A stretch of 64,000 bases of DNA from Macrostomum lignano (lineage: Eukaryota): the NCBI GenBank assembly GCA_002269645.1, contig NIVC01000962.1:62001-126000 (forward strand), given 5' to 3'. Both the position numbers and the translations under genes were made by a program. The stretch's first letter is position 1. The number at the start of each line of letters is the position of its first letter. This document shows positions 25,143-36,202 of the stretch, piece by piece. The notes under the pieces are model-generated. The model had not been told where the DNA came from and searched no databases. It worked only from the letters and a program-made list of their open reading frames with translations.

Positions 25143-26567
25143 CTAAAATGGGAATAATGAAAGAAGAAAAAATATTTACTTGAATTTGAATTTGGTAGAT
25201 AATTCTTACAATTAAAGACAATGTAGATAATATAAACTGATTTGATTAAAATAAATAATTAGACATATAAAAGACATACTATGACAATTGCTATAATAGA
25301 AATGATAGAAATGGTTGACTTACATATGTTGGATTGGCTAATCATATTATAATGAACTAACAGCCATATTTTGTAGATATAAGCAATGCTTTTTTCTATA
25401 ATAATACCATTGTAGATATATATCTAGGCTTAACATAGGCTAAGTAAATTTTATAACCCTATTGGAACAATATGACCTATAGTAGATGACTTTCTATTGT
25501 ATTTTAAGAATCTTCTAGTTATTGTATTGCAATAAGGTCAAGGTAGGAAGGTGTTGCATTATAGTTATTAATACTAATGATTTGTAGCACTTAGAACTTT
25601 AAAAAATAAGTTTTGTGGGACCTAAATACTGCTTAATAAGGCAAAAGGTAGCAACTTATCAATGTTGTTAAGTTAAGTATACATACTGATACCTAGATTA
25701 GCTAAGCTATCTCTTAATGTATAATTGATAATGATTTATCATATTGACAATAAGCTACAGCTTATTATATATCTTATTAGTCTGCTTTATCTATATGCAT
25801 AGCCTATGATATTACATTCTAGTCACTTAGTCCTCCACCAACTAGTTAACTTAAGTTGACAGCTATCTCTGTCTCTATCTTTCTCTATCTAAAAGGCAAA
25901 AAAGATAAGTTGGTATAATTAATCTAATTAATAAAATAATTCAAATATCTATATAAGTGATTGATATATTTCTTATTTATAGAAACATATATTTGATTAT
26001 GTTATACTTAGTTTCTTATATAGTTTGGTTAATATATATAATACTTTTGCTATAAATTTAATAATATTACCAAACATAATGCAATAAAAATATAATATAT
26101 TTGCAAATTAAATTTTAAATGTTTTAAAAAATATTTCTATAAATTCTAAGCTCTTAAAATGCTATGTTAAGTTTTTTTTCTAATCTATCAATATTGGTAT
26201 AAGTCATAGTTAAGATCATGGCACATTTGCACCAAAATACCTATCAAAGAAATTTGATTATCCTATATACCTGGCTTTTCTTAAAAAGAAATACAAAAAG
26301 CTATATTTTCCATTTGAAAAATACCTGTAAAACTTATATTTGAATCTGTTTCATAGAAAATGCAATGTATATACACTTGTGTATACCAATTTATATGCCA
26401 ATGATATATACTAGATCTATCCATATTCCAGAAAATTCTATTGTATAACGTACATATATATTATACCAATCATAGCATAGGTTTCAAATTTGGTAGCAGA
26501 CAAGCTATGGGTAGATTATCTTACTTGTATATTTTGGCAGACAAGTTAATAATAGATGAGTTGGTAA

Positions 26568-27247
26568 GGTTGACGGTCATTTCATCTGCCGCCTTTTTGT
26601 CTGCCAATATACGATATAGTCGTTTTGTCTGCCAATATATATAATATATAAATCAGAATAACTAATTATGTCTTCAAGCTTTGCATGGAAGTGTAATATA
26701 AATGTCTTATTAATTATAATTTATTATAATGCTAGGATTTTTCTGAAAGTTCCGGAGCTAATATGTTGCATATATATACACAAAGCCAGAAGCAAATATC
26801 TCCAACCATTTAGTTTCCTTCCAACTTTCTTTTTTTTCGTATATGTAAACTCATATGCAGTTTATTCACTTGCATATGACTTGTGCATATGTACAAGTCG
26901 CACAGTAGCGCATGTTGTCTGGGTCGTACAGTCTGTTTACAAATTACGCATATGTCCATGGTGAAAAAAATTATCAATAACACCACTTTCTCAGAAAATA
27001 ACTTCACACGATGCGTCGAAAGTATTATATAGGTAAGTTAGATTTCGTAGAAATTGAAGAAAAACAAAATGTATCAATATAAATAAGAAAACATACTTAA
27101 AACTTGCTTATACTAATTTATTTTAATTCCCTACATAAAAAATACTAAATAAGTGAACCAAAATAAACATAGATAAATAAAAAAGTCGTTTTGTCTGCTA
27201 AAATTCTTTGGCAGACAAAAAGGCGGCAGACGAAATGACCGCAGACC
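26568..27247 (-). mobile_element. Non-autonomous TIR DNA transposon (8-bp TSD) carrying a PHD-finger-like remnant; MULE-like or Merlin-like
   Basis: ~40-bp TIRs GGTTGACGGTCATTTCATCTGCCGCCTTTTTGTCTGCCAA and the reverse complement GGTCTGCGGTCATTTCGTCTGCC... Exact TSD GTTGGTAA at 26560-67 and 27248-55. Internal sequence encodes MDICVICKQTVRPRQHALLCDLY. Confidence 0.85.
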
Positions 27248-27432
27248 GTTGGTAACACAATGTAACTAGAACTCATAGTATTTATATCTATGAAAATTTA
27301 TAATAGCAAAAAAAGTGAATAGAAATATTTTTATGCTTTAAAACTTAATTTTCAAATATAATAGCCTATAAAAATATAAATTATGTAAAAATAATGGGCC
27401 TTTACTCTAGCTCAGTTTATGGTATACAAAAT

Positions 27433-27879
27433 TGCAGTTGTTATTTGTCCAGTGACCAGACAAATAGTATTTTTGCTATTTGTCTAGTTAAATTGCTAAC
27501 ACAAGTGTCTATTTGTTTCATGATGAATATTCTAGATTTTTAAGACTTTTTCTTATATATTGATTAATTTTCTTGTATATTAGTGTAAGCAAAGCAGTGT
27601 ATTCAGTTTGGCATAATTTGGTGTATAAGACACACACTAGTATAACAACATAGTAATCAAGATATGAGTAAGAAGTCTTTGAAGTCTAGGAATATTTACC
27701 CTTGTAGTTTCTATGAAATAGATATTTTAGGTTTAGCAATATCAATTTTACCAGACAAAAAACAAAATGCCTATTTGTCCGGTATTAACCGGATAAATAG
27801 GAAAGCATAGTCATTATCCAATAACCGGACAAATAACCACATTGCTATTTGTCCAGTCACCAGACAAATAACAACTGCC
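27433..27879. mobile_element. MITE with ~35-bp TIRs and a degenerate 9-bp TSD (MULE-like)
   Basis: Left end TGCAGTTGTTATTTGTCCAGTGACCAGACAAATAG; right end reverse complement GGCAGTTGTTATTTGTCTGGTGACTGGACAAATAG. Flanks ATACAAAAT and ATATAAAAA match at 7/9. Confidence 0.65.
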
Positions 27880-27987
27880 ATATAAAAAAGGTCAGTTTTG
27901 TATTGATTATCATTATAATAGACAAAGCAATATGCAAAACTTGAATAAATAGATTCGAAAAGTTAAAAATAGACACAAAGAACTTAC

Positions 27988-28082
27988 TTTGACTTTCCAA
28001 CTGCACTGTCCCCCAAGCAAATAATTTTTACTCTGGAATCATAACCTTCATGTGAAGATTCATAATCTGGAATTTCTGACAT
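27988..28082 (-). CDS. RABL2: RABL2 exon 1 (MSEIPDYESSHEGYDSRVKIICLGDSAVGKS)
   Basis: P-loop KIICLGDSAVGKSK typical of RABL2; donor AA|GTAAGT. Not in the ORF track. Confidence 0.95.
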
Positions 28083-29519
28083 CGTACGCTTAGTCAAAGA
28101 AGTTACTTCAGTTAAGGGCAATTTTATCAAGGTTAGCAAAGAACGATACTTTATTTACATTTAACACCTAGTCCAAGTCTAGATATGACTATCACAAATA
28201 ATTAAATAGTGTTAAGTAACAATGACTAATGGAATGTCTCTCGTACACAAAATTTGTTTTTTTTCTAAGAAGCTGAATAAGTTTAACAAACATTTTCTAA
28301 CCCACGTTTTAATTAAGCCAGTCTTGAATATTTTAGAGTAACAACTATACATTTTTAACCTGCTAATATTTTTAGATCAAAAGTTATTAAACTCTCTGAT
28401 AAAATACGACTTGTTAGTAGTTTACGCTTTTGGCTCTCTCAGCCACGGGTGAGCCAGAGAACGAATTATGCCATACCATGCAGCCTACATTTTTATTTTT
28501 GATGGGTTCGGCCTTTTTAAGCCTATAGCTTCGGGCCTCAGAATTCAGAAATGAATCACTTAGAACTCTGGCCTCTCTCTTCTGTCAGATGGTCAGCCCC
28601 ATGGTAGCTAGATTGTTGGCGAGCAGAAGGTCCTATAGCTAGGAGAAGACAGCGAGAGACAAGCAGGGAGAATTTGAAAGGTAGAAATTAGCTAACCCGC
28701 GGATTAACTAACTCGCTGCCACCGTGCGCCCCGGCTCACCAAACCGGAGCTATCGAAATCGGACTTCAACTAGAGGGGCACTGCACTTACCTGCCATCTA
28801 GTGTCTTTTAGCTGTCTATCTCGAAGTCATAGCCGAATAGAAAGGAAGCTGCTGGGACTAAGATCGCATTGGCCATGCAGGGACAGAGAGGACTTCTGCA
28901 GGGGGTTCTTGCGCTGGCGAGCCTTCATACACTACTGAAAGTACTATTTCATCACCAAATTCCCAGAAGTACATGTAAAAGTACACATAACTGCACGCTT
29001 TTGGCACTAAGTGTGTTAACACGTCGACAGATAGAGATGATGTAGATGCATTGTCACTTTTGGAGATCATTAGACTAATATTTAACTTACTTTAGCCGCT
29101 TGACTGCCTGTGACCGCGCCAAAGCGCCAGTCTGGCACTTAATTTGCATGCTTAACATAATGATTTCTTAGATCGACTGATTGACTGGGAACTGTGCCGC
29201 TTCCGGTCCACTGTGACCTCTGCCTCTAGATTTAGCCGCTCATCTCAGCTGGCATTGCGAAAAAGAAAGAAAACGCTAAGTCTTTAACTTCCAGATTTAA
29301 CTTTCTCACTTAATCCGCAATCCAAAACACTTTAGATTGAGTTAGAGCAAATGGCTACTTTTAATATTAACTGACACTTCTGCCTCGAGATTGGCATACA
29401 AAAGCAAGTAAGCAAAAGCGCAAATCCTATCAGACTACCTAGGGAGGGGTCAGTCAAAGGGTGCACCCAGTTAAGCAGGTCAAGAGAGCCTCTCACCAAA
29501 CCAATCAGAGGTAGCCAAG

Positions 29520-29662
29520 TGTTATGTTCTTGGCCTTAAGCCACAGTAATCGGTGCTAGGCCGAAAATGAGTTAATATATTCGGTCGCTTGTTTAGGGTC
29601 GACATATAAACGGGGGCAGATGGTTTCGCACAAAGACGATTAATTCGCATGCGCACACAACA
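29520..29662 (-). repeat. 3' LTR (143 bp)
   Basis: Differs from the 5' LTR at 3 positions. Polypurine tract AAAAGGGAAGA (minus strand, 29663-29673) abuts it. Confidence 0.97.
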
Positions 29663-29898
29663 TCTTCCCTTTTAAGCAAAACAGTTTTACAGTTCTTTCT
29701 TCCTCATCTCCCCTTTTAAGCGTTAACTGGTTCACCCAACTTCCTGTAATGCAACTTGGGTGCCGGGACTCCCTTGTTCGACCGTTGACTTCGCCTTGGC
29801 TGTGCGGTCTTTGGCTTGTCCGGGCCGTCTTGTGCTTCACCTTCCTTCTGAGATGCACCAGTAGTAGAGAGCTGTTCTTGTGGTAGACATCGGCGGAT

Positions 29899-32800
29899 TT
29901 ACACACAATTGCGACGGAAAATTCGGCCGCTGACTAACTTGACCATGTAGTCCTGGTGCCGACCAACTTCTACTACGACGCCCTTCTTGTCCCAAAGCTT
30001 GGTGACAGGGTTTTGAAGAACAACGTGACTGCCGACTCGGAGAATTTCCAGTTGTCGCTTCGAGGCATTGTAGTGTTGATGAACTTTAGCGTGAATTTCT
30101 GCAGCCTTTTCCTTCATTTTCCAGACCTTGTCCTTCCTTTCCTTTGCAAAACTTTTGCAATGCGCGGGCAGCGTGTCTCTGACTGTGTGTCCATAGACCA
30201 TTACAGATGGAATTCTGCCATCGTACATTGGCGTGTTTCGCAGCTGCAGCAAACCCTGAGCCATCTTGTCTTTGTCCAAGTCATTCAAGCGACTGTTCCA
30301 TGCTCCTCGAACGATCTTCTTTATACTTTTCACGGCAGCTTCTGCTCTTCCATTGCTTTGATGGTAATACGGAGATGAGTATTTGATGTTCACACCCCAG
30401 CGACGTAAAAAATTAACGAACGGCTGTGCTTTAAATTGTGGCCCACAGTCTGCACAGAATTTCTCCGGTACAGCTGTTTGGCAAAAGAATTCGCAGCAAG
30501 CGTTTATCAGCTTGTACGTGGGTGCTGGATCACCGAAATGACAGAACGCTGGCCAGCCTGAGTATGCATCCACGAGCACAAGGAACTTCTTGCCGGCATG
30601 CTCGCAGAAATCTGCATGTATGTGTTGAAAACATCGATCCGGTTGGTCCTGGGCCGTCATCGGCTCCCTGATCTGCGATGGTAGATGTTCCCGACAGGAC
30701 TGACACTGCTTGACTGTGTTTTCAATGTCCCGATCGATGCCAGGCCAGTAGACGACAATCCTTGCTCTCTGCTTTGTCTTGTGCAGACCTTGGTGACTTG
30801 CGTGTAAGTCCGTCAAAATCTGCTTCCTCATTGCATGTGGTATGACGCAACGACATCCGCATAGAATGATGCCGTCGTCGATTGAGAGCTTGTCTCTTAC
30901 ATGCCAAAATGACCGAATACAAAGAGGTAAGTTTGCCTTGTCATTGGGAAAGCCATCCCGAATATATTGCATCAGGTCTTGCAACTTCTGATCAGAAGCT
31001 GTGCTTTGTCGCACGCTTTGCAGGTAGGATCCAGCTCTGCTGATTCGAGGTGCATTAAGAGCTGATTGGTAAGTTGAAAATCTGCAGACTCGCCCAGTTC
31101 ATCCTGTGCAGTCGGATTGTCCACTGGTGCTCGCGACAGAGCGTCTGCGTCGGCATTGTCCTTGCCTTTTACCCATCGCGCCTTGTATACGTAGCGGTTC
31201 AGTTTCGCTCGAAGACGCTGAATCCTGGGATTTTCTATTTGATCCAGCTGATAACTGTTCAGGATTGGTATCAGCGGCTTGTGGTCGGTTACAATTTCAA
31301 ACTCATGAAGGCCCTCAAGGAAGAGTCTGCACTTCTGAGTCGCCCAGACCACAGCTAACAGTTCCAACTCGATCATGGCATAGCGTGACTCGGTCTCTGA
31401 AATGAATCTCGAGCCAGCTTGAACCACACGCCAGCTTCCATCGGTCTGCTGCTGTTTGAGCAAGAATCCGATTCCCTTAAGTCGAGATGCATCCGTGTGC
31501 AGGGCTGTTGGCTTGCGTTGGTCATAATAGGCCAGTGTAGGAGCAATTGCCAGGCGGCGACGGGCTTCTTCAAATGCCGTTTGATGTTCGTCTCCCCATT
31601 GAAATAAATACTTCTCGGACAGCAGCGGCCTTAACGAGGCTGTAACTTCTGCTATGTCTGACGTAAACGTGCCGACTTGGTTGACTAGGCCAAAGAACGC
31701 GCGTAGGTCGGTAATATTGTTTGGAGTGGGAAATTTTCTGACCGCTTTCATAAGCTCCGGATCAATGCTGTAGCCATCAGCTGACAATCGAAATCCGGCA
31801 AAATCAATTTAAGTCTTGCAAAATGCAAACTTCTTTTTATTTAATGCTACCCCATTGTCTTGACAGCGCTGCAGAAACTGACGAACCGCTTGTACGTGTG
31901 ATTCCTCGTCAGAAGTTGCGATTAGACAGTCATCAACGACATGTCGAACTTCCTTGAGTCCTTGAAAAGTGTCGTCAAGTCTCTGGTTAGAGCTTATACC
32001 GAATGGTGCCATCCTAAACATATAACGACCAAACGGCGTGATGAACGTTGTCAGGTGCATACTTTCTTTAGCCAGCGGTATTTGGTGGTATCCTTTCAAG
32101 GCGTCAACTACAGAGAAATACTTGGCGCGACTAGCATCTGTGCTTGCAACGACTTCCAATGGCGTCTGAGACTGGTACCTTGGTCGAATAACATATTTGT
32201 TTAATTCCCGAAAGTCGACGCACATCCGTATCCCATTGTCTTACTTTGGCGCCACCACTATCGGTGCACACCACTGCGTAGGAGCAGTGACTTTGCAGAT
32301 TATTTCCTGAGCTTCCAACGAGTTCAGCTCAGCTTTAAGTCGCTCGTACAATGGGAACGGTATCCTCCTTGGTGTCTTAATGGAGAAAGGTTGAGCGTCT
32401 TCACGAAGCTTGATCGAAAATGCTTCACCCTTCTTTGGTCTTACTATCCCATCGAATACAGCCGGGAATTCGCTGATTAGGTCTTCTGCTGTAGCAGTTC
32501 TTGTGGCGATCGAGTTGATTTGTTGTCGAGGAAAATACCTGGGAATTATTCCCAAACCAACACATGCTGTCCATGACAAGACCGGTACCGTCAGGCGATC
32601 AAGAACGTAAATGTCTGTTGTGATCTTGGTCTCACCGATCGAGATGGAGTCGCGAAACTTTCCTATTACTTTCATGCACTGTCCATTCGCGGCTGGTGGA
32701 CCATCAGCGGCTTCTAAAATTCGTGGCCTCTTTGCCAGCTTTTGCATGTCTTCTACTCTGATAGCGGTTATATTTGAGCCAGTGTCGGGCATCATTGTTA

Positions 32801-32933
32801 GTGTGACACCTCCGATTTGTACATTCACTACGGGGCAATCAGGTTGCAGCATGGGTGTATTTTTCGAGCGGCACACCCTATCGAAGTGCCCTTTTTGCCA
32901 CAGCGACGACACGTTTTGTCTCTGGCTGGACAT
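29899..32933 (-). pseudogene. Disrupted pol (protease, RT, RNase H, integrase)
   Basis: Protease MPDTGS; RT VDALKGYHQ and HVVDD; RNase H LHTDAS and IELELLA; integrase HASH..CQSC, HADF, ADCGPQF, GRAEAAV. In-frame TAA at 32241-43 and 31809-11; frameshift near 31014. Confidence 0.95.
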
Positions 32934-33728
32934 GTCTCACCCGAGTGCTTTTGCTTACCGCAGTAGCCACACGATTGACTTTTGCTCGTCTGGGGTTGTC
33001 CTTTTAGGAATCCCGGGTGCAGTCGTCCTGTACGCAGATATTTTTAGCGCATTCAGGCTCGCTGACTTGCAAATTTCGTCCCGCTGTTTTACGCATACTT
33101 CTTCAGATTGGCAAATTGTAATTGCCTCGGTGAGACTGAGTTTCGGCTGGGCCAGCAGGCGTTTTACCGTATCTGGATCTCTGATTCCGAGGACGATTTT
33201 GTCCTGTGATAAATCGTCTGAGTGCTCACAAAATGCACAAGTTCTCATCAGGTCTCTTAATTCCGTGATGTAGTCGGAGAATGTTTCGCCGTCCTTTTGC
33301 TGACGAGTCCAGAACCGATTGCGCTCAACAATAACGTTCACTTGCCCGAGTAGGTGCTCCCACAAAGTCTTGATGACCAATTCCGGGTCTCGAAGTTGTT
33401 CCACAGATAGGGGCAGGTTTTTGTATTTGTTGAACGTCGCAGCAAAGAAAGAGTTTAAAACGCAGGCCCTGCGGTGGGCGGATTTCTGTGCCTTCACTTT
33501 GGGGCTGTCCGCTTCGCTAAGCTTGACCCCCATTGCCTCGAAATAGGTCTCGATGGTCGCTTGCCATGCGTCAAACTCGTCTATAGTATCTGTTGCTAGA
33601 TCGAGACGCGGGATCTGTAGCCCAAGAAGGCTGAACCGACTGGTACTTGCAGTCACAGCAGCGGCTCCTGCTCCTTGGCTTGTCACTGGTCTCGTAGGCG
33701 ATATCGATCGCGAGGCCTTTGATCCCAT
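32860..33728 (-). pseudogene. gag with two frameshifted zinc knuckles
   Basis: ERNRFWTRQQKDGETFSDYITELR; frame switches recover CGYCGKQKHSGETCPARDKTCRRCGKKGHFDRVC. Confidence 0.9.
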
Positions 33729-33830
33729 CGCTGGATTCGGGCTTTTGTTCGTTCTAGCTGGTTCTTGACTGTCGGCAGATTCCGTATGTCCGAATGCAGT
33801 GTAGGATGCAACTTAAGAATCAGTGCATCA

Positions 33831-33850
33831 AAATCCTGCTTGCGACGCCA
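33831..33850 (-). other. Primer-binding site complementary to a tRNA-Ser-like 3' end
   Basis: TGGCGTCGCAAGCAGGATTT directly follows the 5' LTR. Its complement AAATCCTGCTTGCGACG-CCA has a CCTGC T-stem and a G discriminator, both Ser-like. Confidence 0.75.
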
Positions 33851-33993
33851 TGTTATGTTCTTGGCCTTAAGCCACAGTAATCGGTGCTAGGCCGAAAATG
33901 AGTTAATATATTTGGTCGCTTGTTTAGGGTCGACATATAAACGGGGGCAGATGGTTTCGCACATAGACGAATAATTCGCATGCGCACACAACA
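33851..33993 (-). repeat. 5' LTR (143 bp)
   Basis: TG..CA ends; 140/143 identical to 29520-29662. Confidence 0.97.
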
Positions 33994-34280
33994 CCAAGGA
34001 ATCCACAGAGACGGAAGCGCTCAGACGGGATGCTGCTGATCTTGACTGACGATCGCCGCCGCTACTCTTCACTTGCCGAAGGTCATTGCTGCTTTCGGTT
34101 CGCGGCCGGGAGAGATTGGTGACGTCTCCCGAGGGAAAACTTAGCTGCTGAAGCCGAAGCTGCCGGGGGAAGGGGGCTCAGATGCCGAAGGGGCAGCCGG
34201 AACAAGATACCAGCAAGTCCGGAAACACTCAAAGGGTCGGGGAAGCAGCAGGTTACTTGAGCGCGGGTCGAGTTGCCGCC

Positions 34281-34378
34281 TTTTATAGCTCTCACGCGGC
34301 CGATTTGTTATAACGCACGCCGAATTTTCCGATTGGCTGAGAGCTTTTGTTAAAATAGGCACCGAATTTTCTGATTGG
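34281..34378 (-). promoter_or_regulatory. Pol II core promoter: two CCAAT boxes and a TATA box, firing leftward
   Basis: CCAAT at 34374-78 and 34332-36, each in a CGAATTTTCYGATTGG repeat; CTATAAAA at 34281-88. Confidence 0.6.
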
Positions 34379-34888
34379 TCGAGACGGGGGCAGTCAGGTC
34401 GACTCTGATCGGCTGAGCTCAAGATCCCAAAACCTAACCCACCAGGTGGCCTTCAACCGTCTTGTCGCCGGATTGTCTGGAAGCCCATCTGACACTAGCT
34501 TTTCATAAGTTCAGTTCGAAACTTCGAATGCAATTGCGAATGAAAATCCGCTAAAATTGTGATTTAGCTTAGTAGAGAAGCTCATTACTTTAAAAAAACG
34601 TAATTATTTTACACATCATACTTAAATTTTTGATTCAAGGAAAACAAATTATACATTAATGCATAAAATGTTGTTAGAACTATTTTATCGTGCCGTCCAG
34701 GTTTTCGCGCTATTTTGATTTATCAAATAGAATATTTTACTTAAAGCTACCTAATTGTATTATTTTTACTATCACTTCTTGACCGAATGTTAAATTATCA
34801 ATTATTTGTTAGTAAAGCTAAGTTGTTTTGATAAATTTACCATAAAATTAATTGCGATTTTTAAAACTATAATCCCCTTTGACTGAAA

Positions 34889-34894
34889 ATGGAG
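34889..34894 (+). CDS. TMEM258: Putative TMEM258 first coding exon (ME)
   Basis: AAAATGGAG|GTATGT, phase 0, giving [14 protein letters not shown] when joined to exon 2. Confidence 0.5.
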
Positions 34895-35285
34895 GTATGT
34901 ACATAATAATTATCATTCTAGTGTGGTATGCCTGGTATGGTCATGTATGTATTTGCATATTAATTAGGCCTACACTAGCATTTGTACCAGACTACCAGTA
35001 GCACCAAATAAACAATAAAGTAGGCCCTAATAATAAAATAGTTATATTAATATCAAAATAATTTTCATTAATTAATTACTATATCTGCTCAATTTGATAA
35101 TGATAGCTTTCTAGCTATAGCCTAGTCCTAGACAATTACAGTCATTTTTTGCAAAACTCAAAAGTGTTTTAAAAAACTTTAGGTCCAGACTCAGCTACAA
35201 TTTATTATCAATTTTGGCAAGATTAGATTTAAATAGATTAGATTTAAATAGACTTAAATAAGGAGTATTGGGTTTCTTTTTTGCT

Positions 35286-36202
35286 GGCAATAGTGCAGTT
35301 TCGTTTGCGAAATTATTTTTTATTTAAATTTGAAAGTTCAAAACCAGAAAACAATAACAATAATAAAAATTGTTGTTTTAAACCATTCTAACGATTGTGG
35401 CAGAGTTTTTAGCTCCCTGGTTGCTGAATTTGCCAACTCGTCATTGTGTTCTAGTGGCGGTGGCGGTGTCGGAAAGCCCTGTTTGCTCCAAACAATCGGC
35501 GCCACATAAACTCCTGGATATGGCTCTCAAAGAGGGCATCGCTTGTTCCATGAATGGCCCTGAATTTGGCCTTGCATCGCATCTATGTTCCCTCAATTGT
35601 GTTGGTGTAGAGTCGCATCATTTGGGTCCACAAAATAGAGTCAATGGTTCACGACACTGTGGTCTCTGTGGCCACCAACTACATTCGCCACTTGGTTATA
35701 GGCTTGCCAACCATCAGTCAAGATCTGTGTGCCAGGCAGGACAAACTGCTGGATTATAAGAAGTAGTGTCTAAGCAGACCTGTCAGGCATAACAACTAAA
35801 GAGCATTTGCTGGCAGCACTTCATTTGGTAGAATTATCCACGAGGGTCTTAGTGGTTGTCCAGCCATGATACAATATATTGTCCAAAAGAAAAAGCAGAT
35901 ACTAGCAGCTTCTCAGCTAAAGGGAAACAGTTTAAGCCCCCCCCCCACTTGAGCCCCTTTCGATTTTTTAAACTATTTTTTCCATAAACAACTTGCGTTT
36001 CAAGTAGCATTCAAGTGTGGCACATATTTAATGAAAAAAGTATATTAATAGAGCACCCATTTGCTTTAAAGTTCCGTGACCAGTGAGCTCTAGGCTAGCA
36101 CAGTTGCTATAATTGTTTTAAACATTGTTGGTATTGTTTTCTAGTTTCAAACTTTCTCATTTAAAAGAAAAATAATTTCGCAAATGAAACTGCACTATTG
36201 CC
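35286..36202 (-). mobile_element. Merlin (IS1595/ISXO2-related) DNA transposon, internally deleted
   Basis: Imperfect TIRs of roughly 80-100 bp starting GGCAATAGTGCAGTTTC; exact 8-bp TSD TTTTTGCT at 35278-85 and 36203-10; transposase remnant inside. Confidence 0.92.
35461..35790 (-). pseudogene. Merlin DDE transposase remnant
   Basis: Hand translation: VVMPDRSA*TLLLIIQQFVLPGTQILTDGWQAY..HSVVNH*LYFVDP..(fs)TNTIEGT*..HGTSDALFESHIQEFMWRR. Confidence 0.9.

Larger units (their letters stand above)
29520..33993 (-). mobile_element. Full-length but decayed Ty3/Gypsy LTR retrotransposon, Mag-like (4474 bp)
   Basis: Two 143-bp TG..CA LTRs; 5-bp TSD CCAAG at 29515-19 and 33994-98; gene order gag-PR-RT-RH-INT; two CCHC knuckles with a CPA linker. 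Confidence 0.97.
28583..34494 (-). mobile_element. Putative ~1.4-kb solo LTR of a second family, split by the Gypsy insertion
   Basis: 10-bp terminal inverted repeat TGTCAGATGG (28583) / CCATCTGACA (34485-94). Contains CCAAT-CCAAT-TATA on the minus strand and ATTAAA at 29360-65; non-coding. No TSD found (TCTTC vs CTAGC). Confidence 0.45.

Noticed and set aside
35397-35759. + strand 120-aa ORF or hAT dimerisation domain
   Set aside because: The opposite strand gives a clear Merlin transposase, so this is a shadow ORF.
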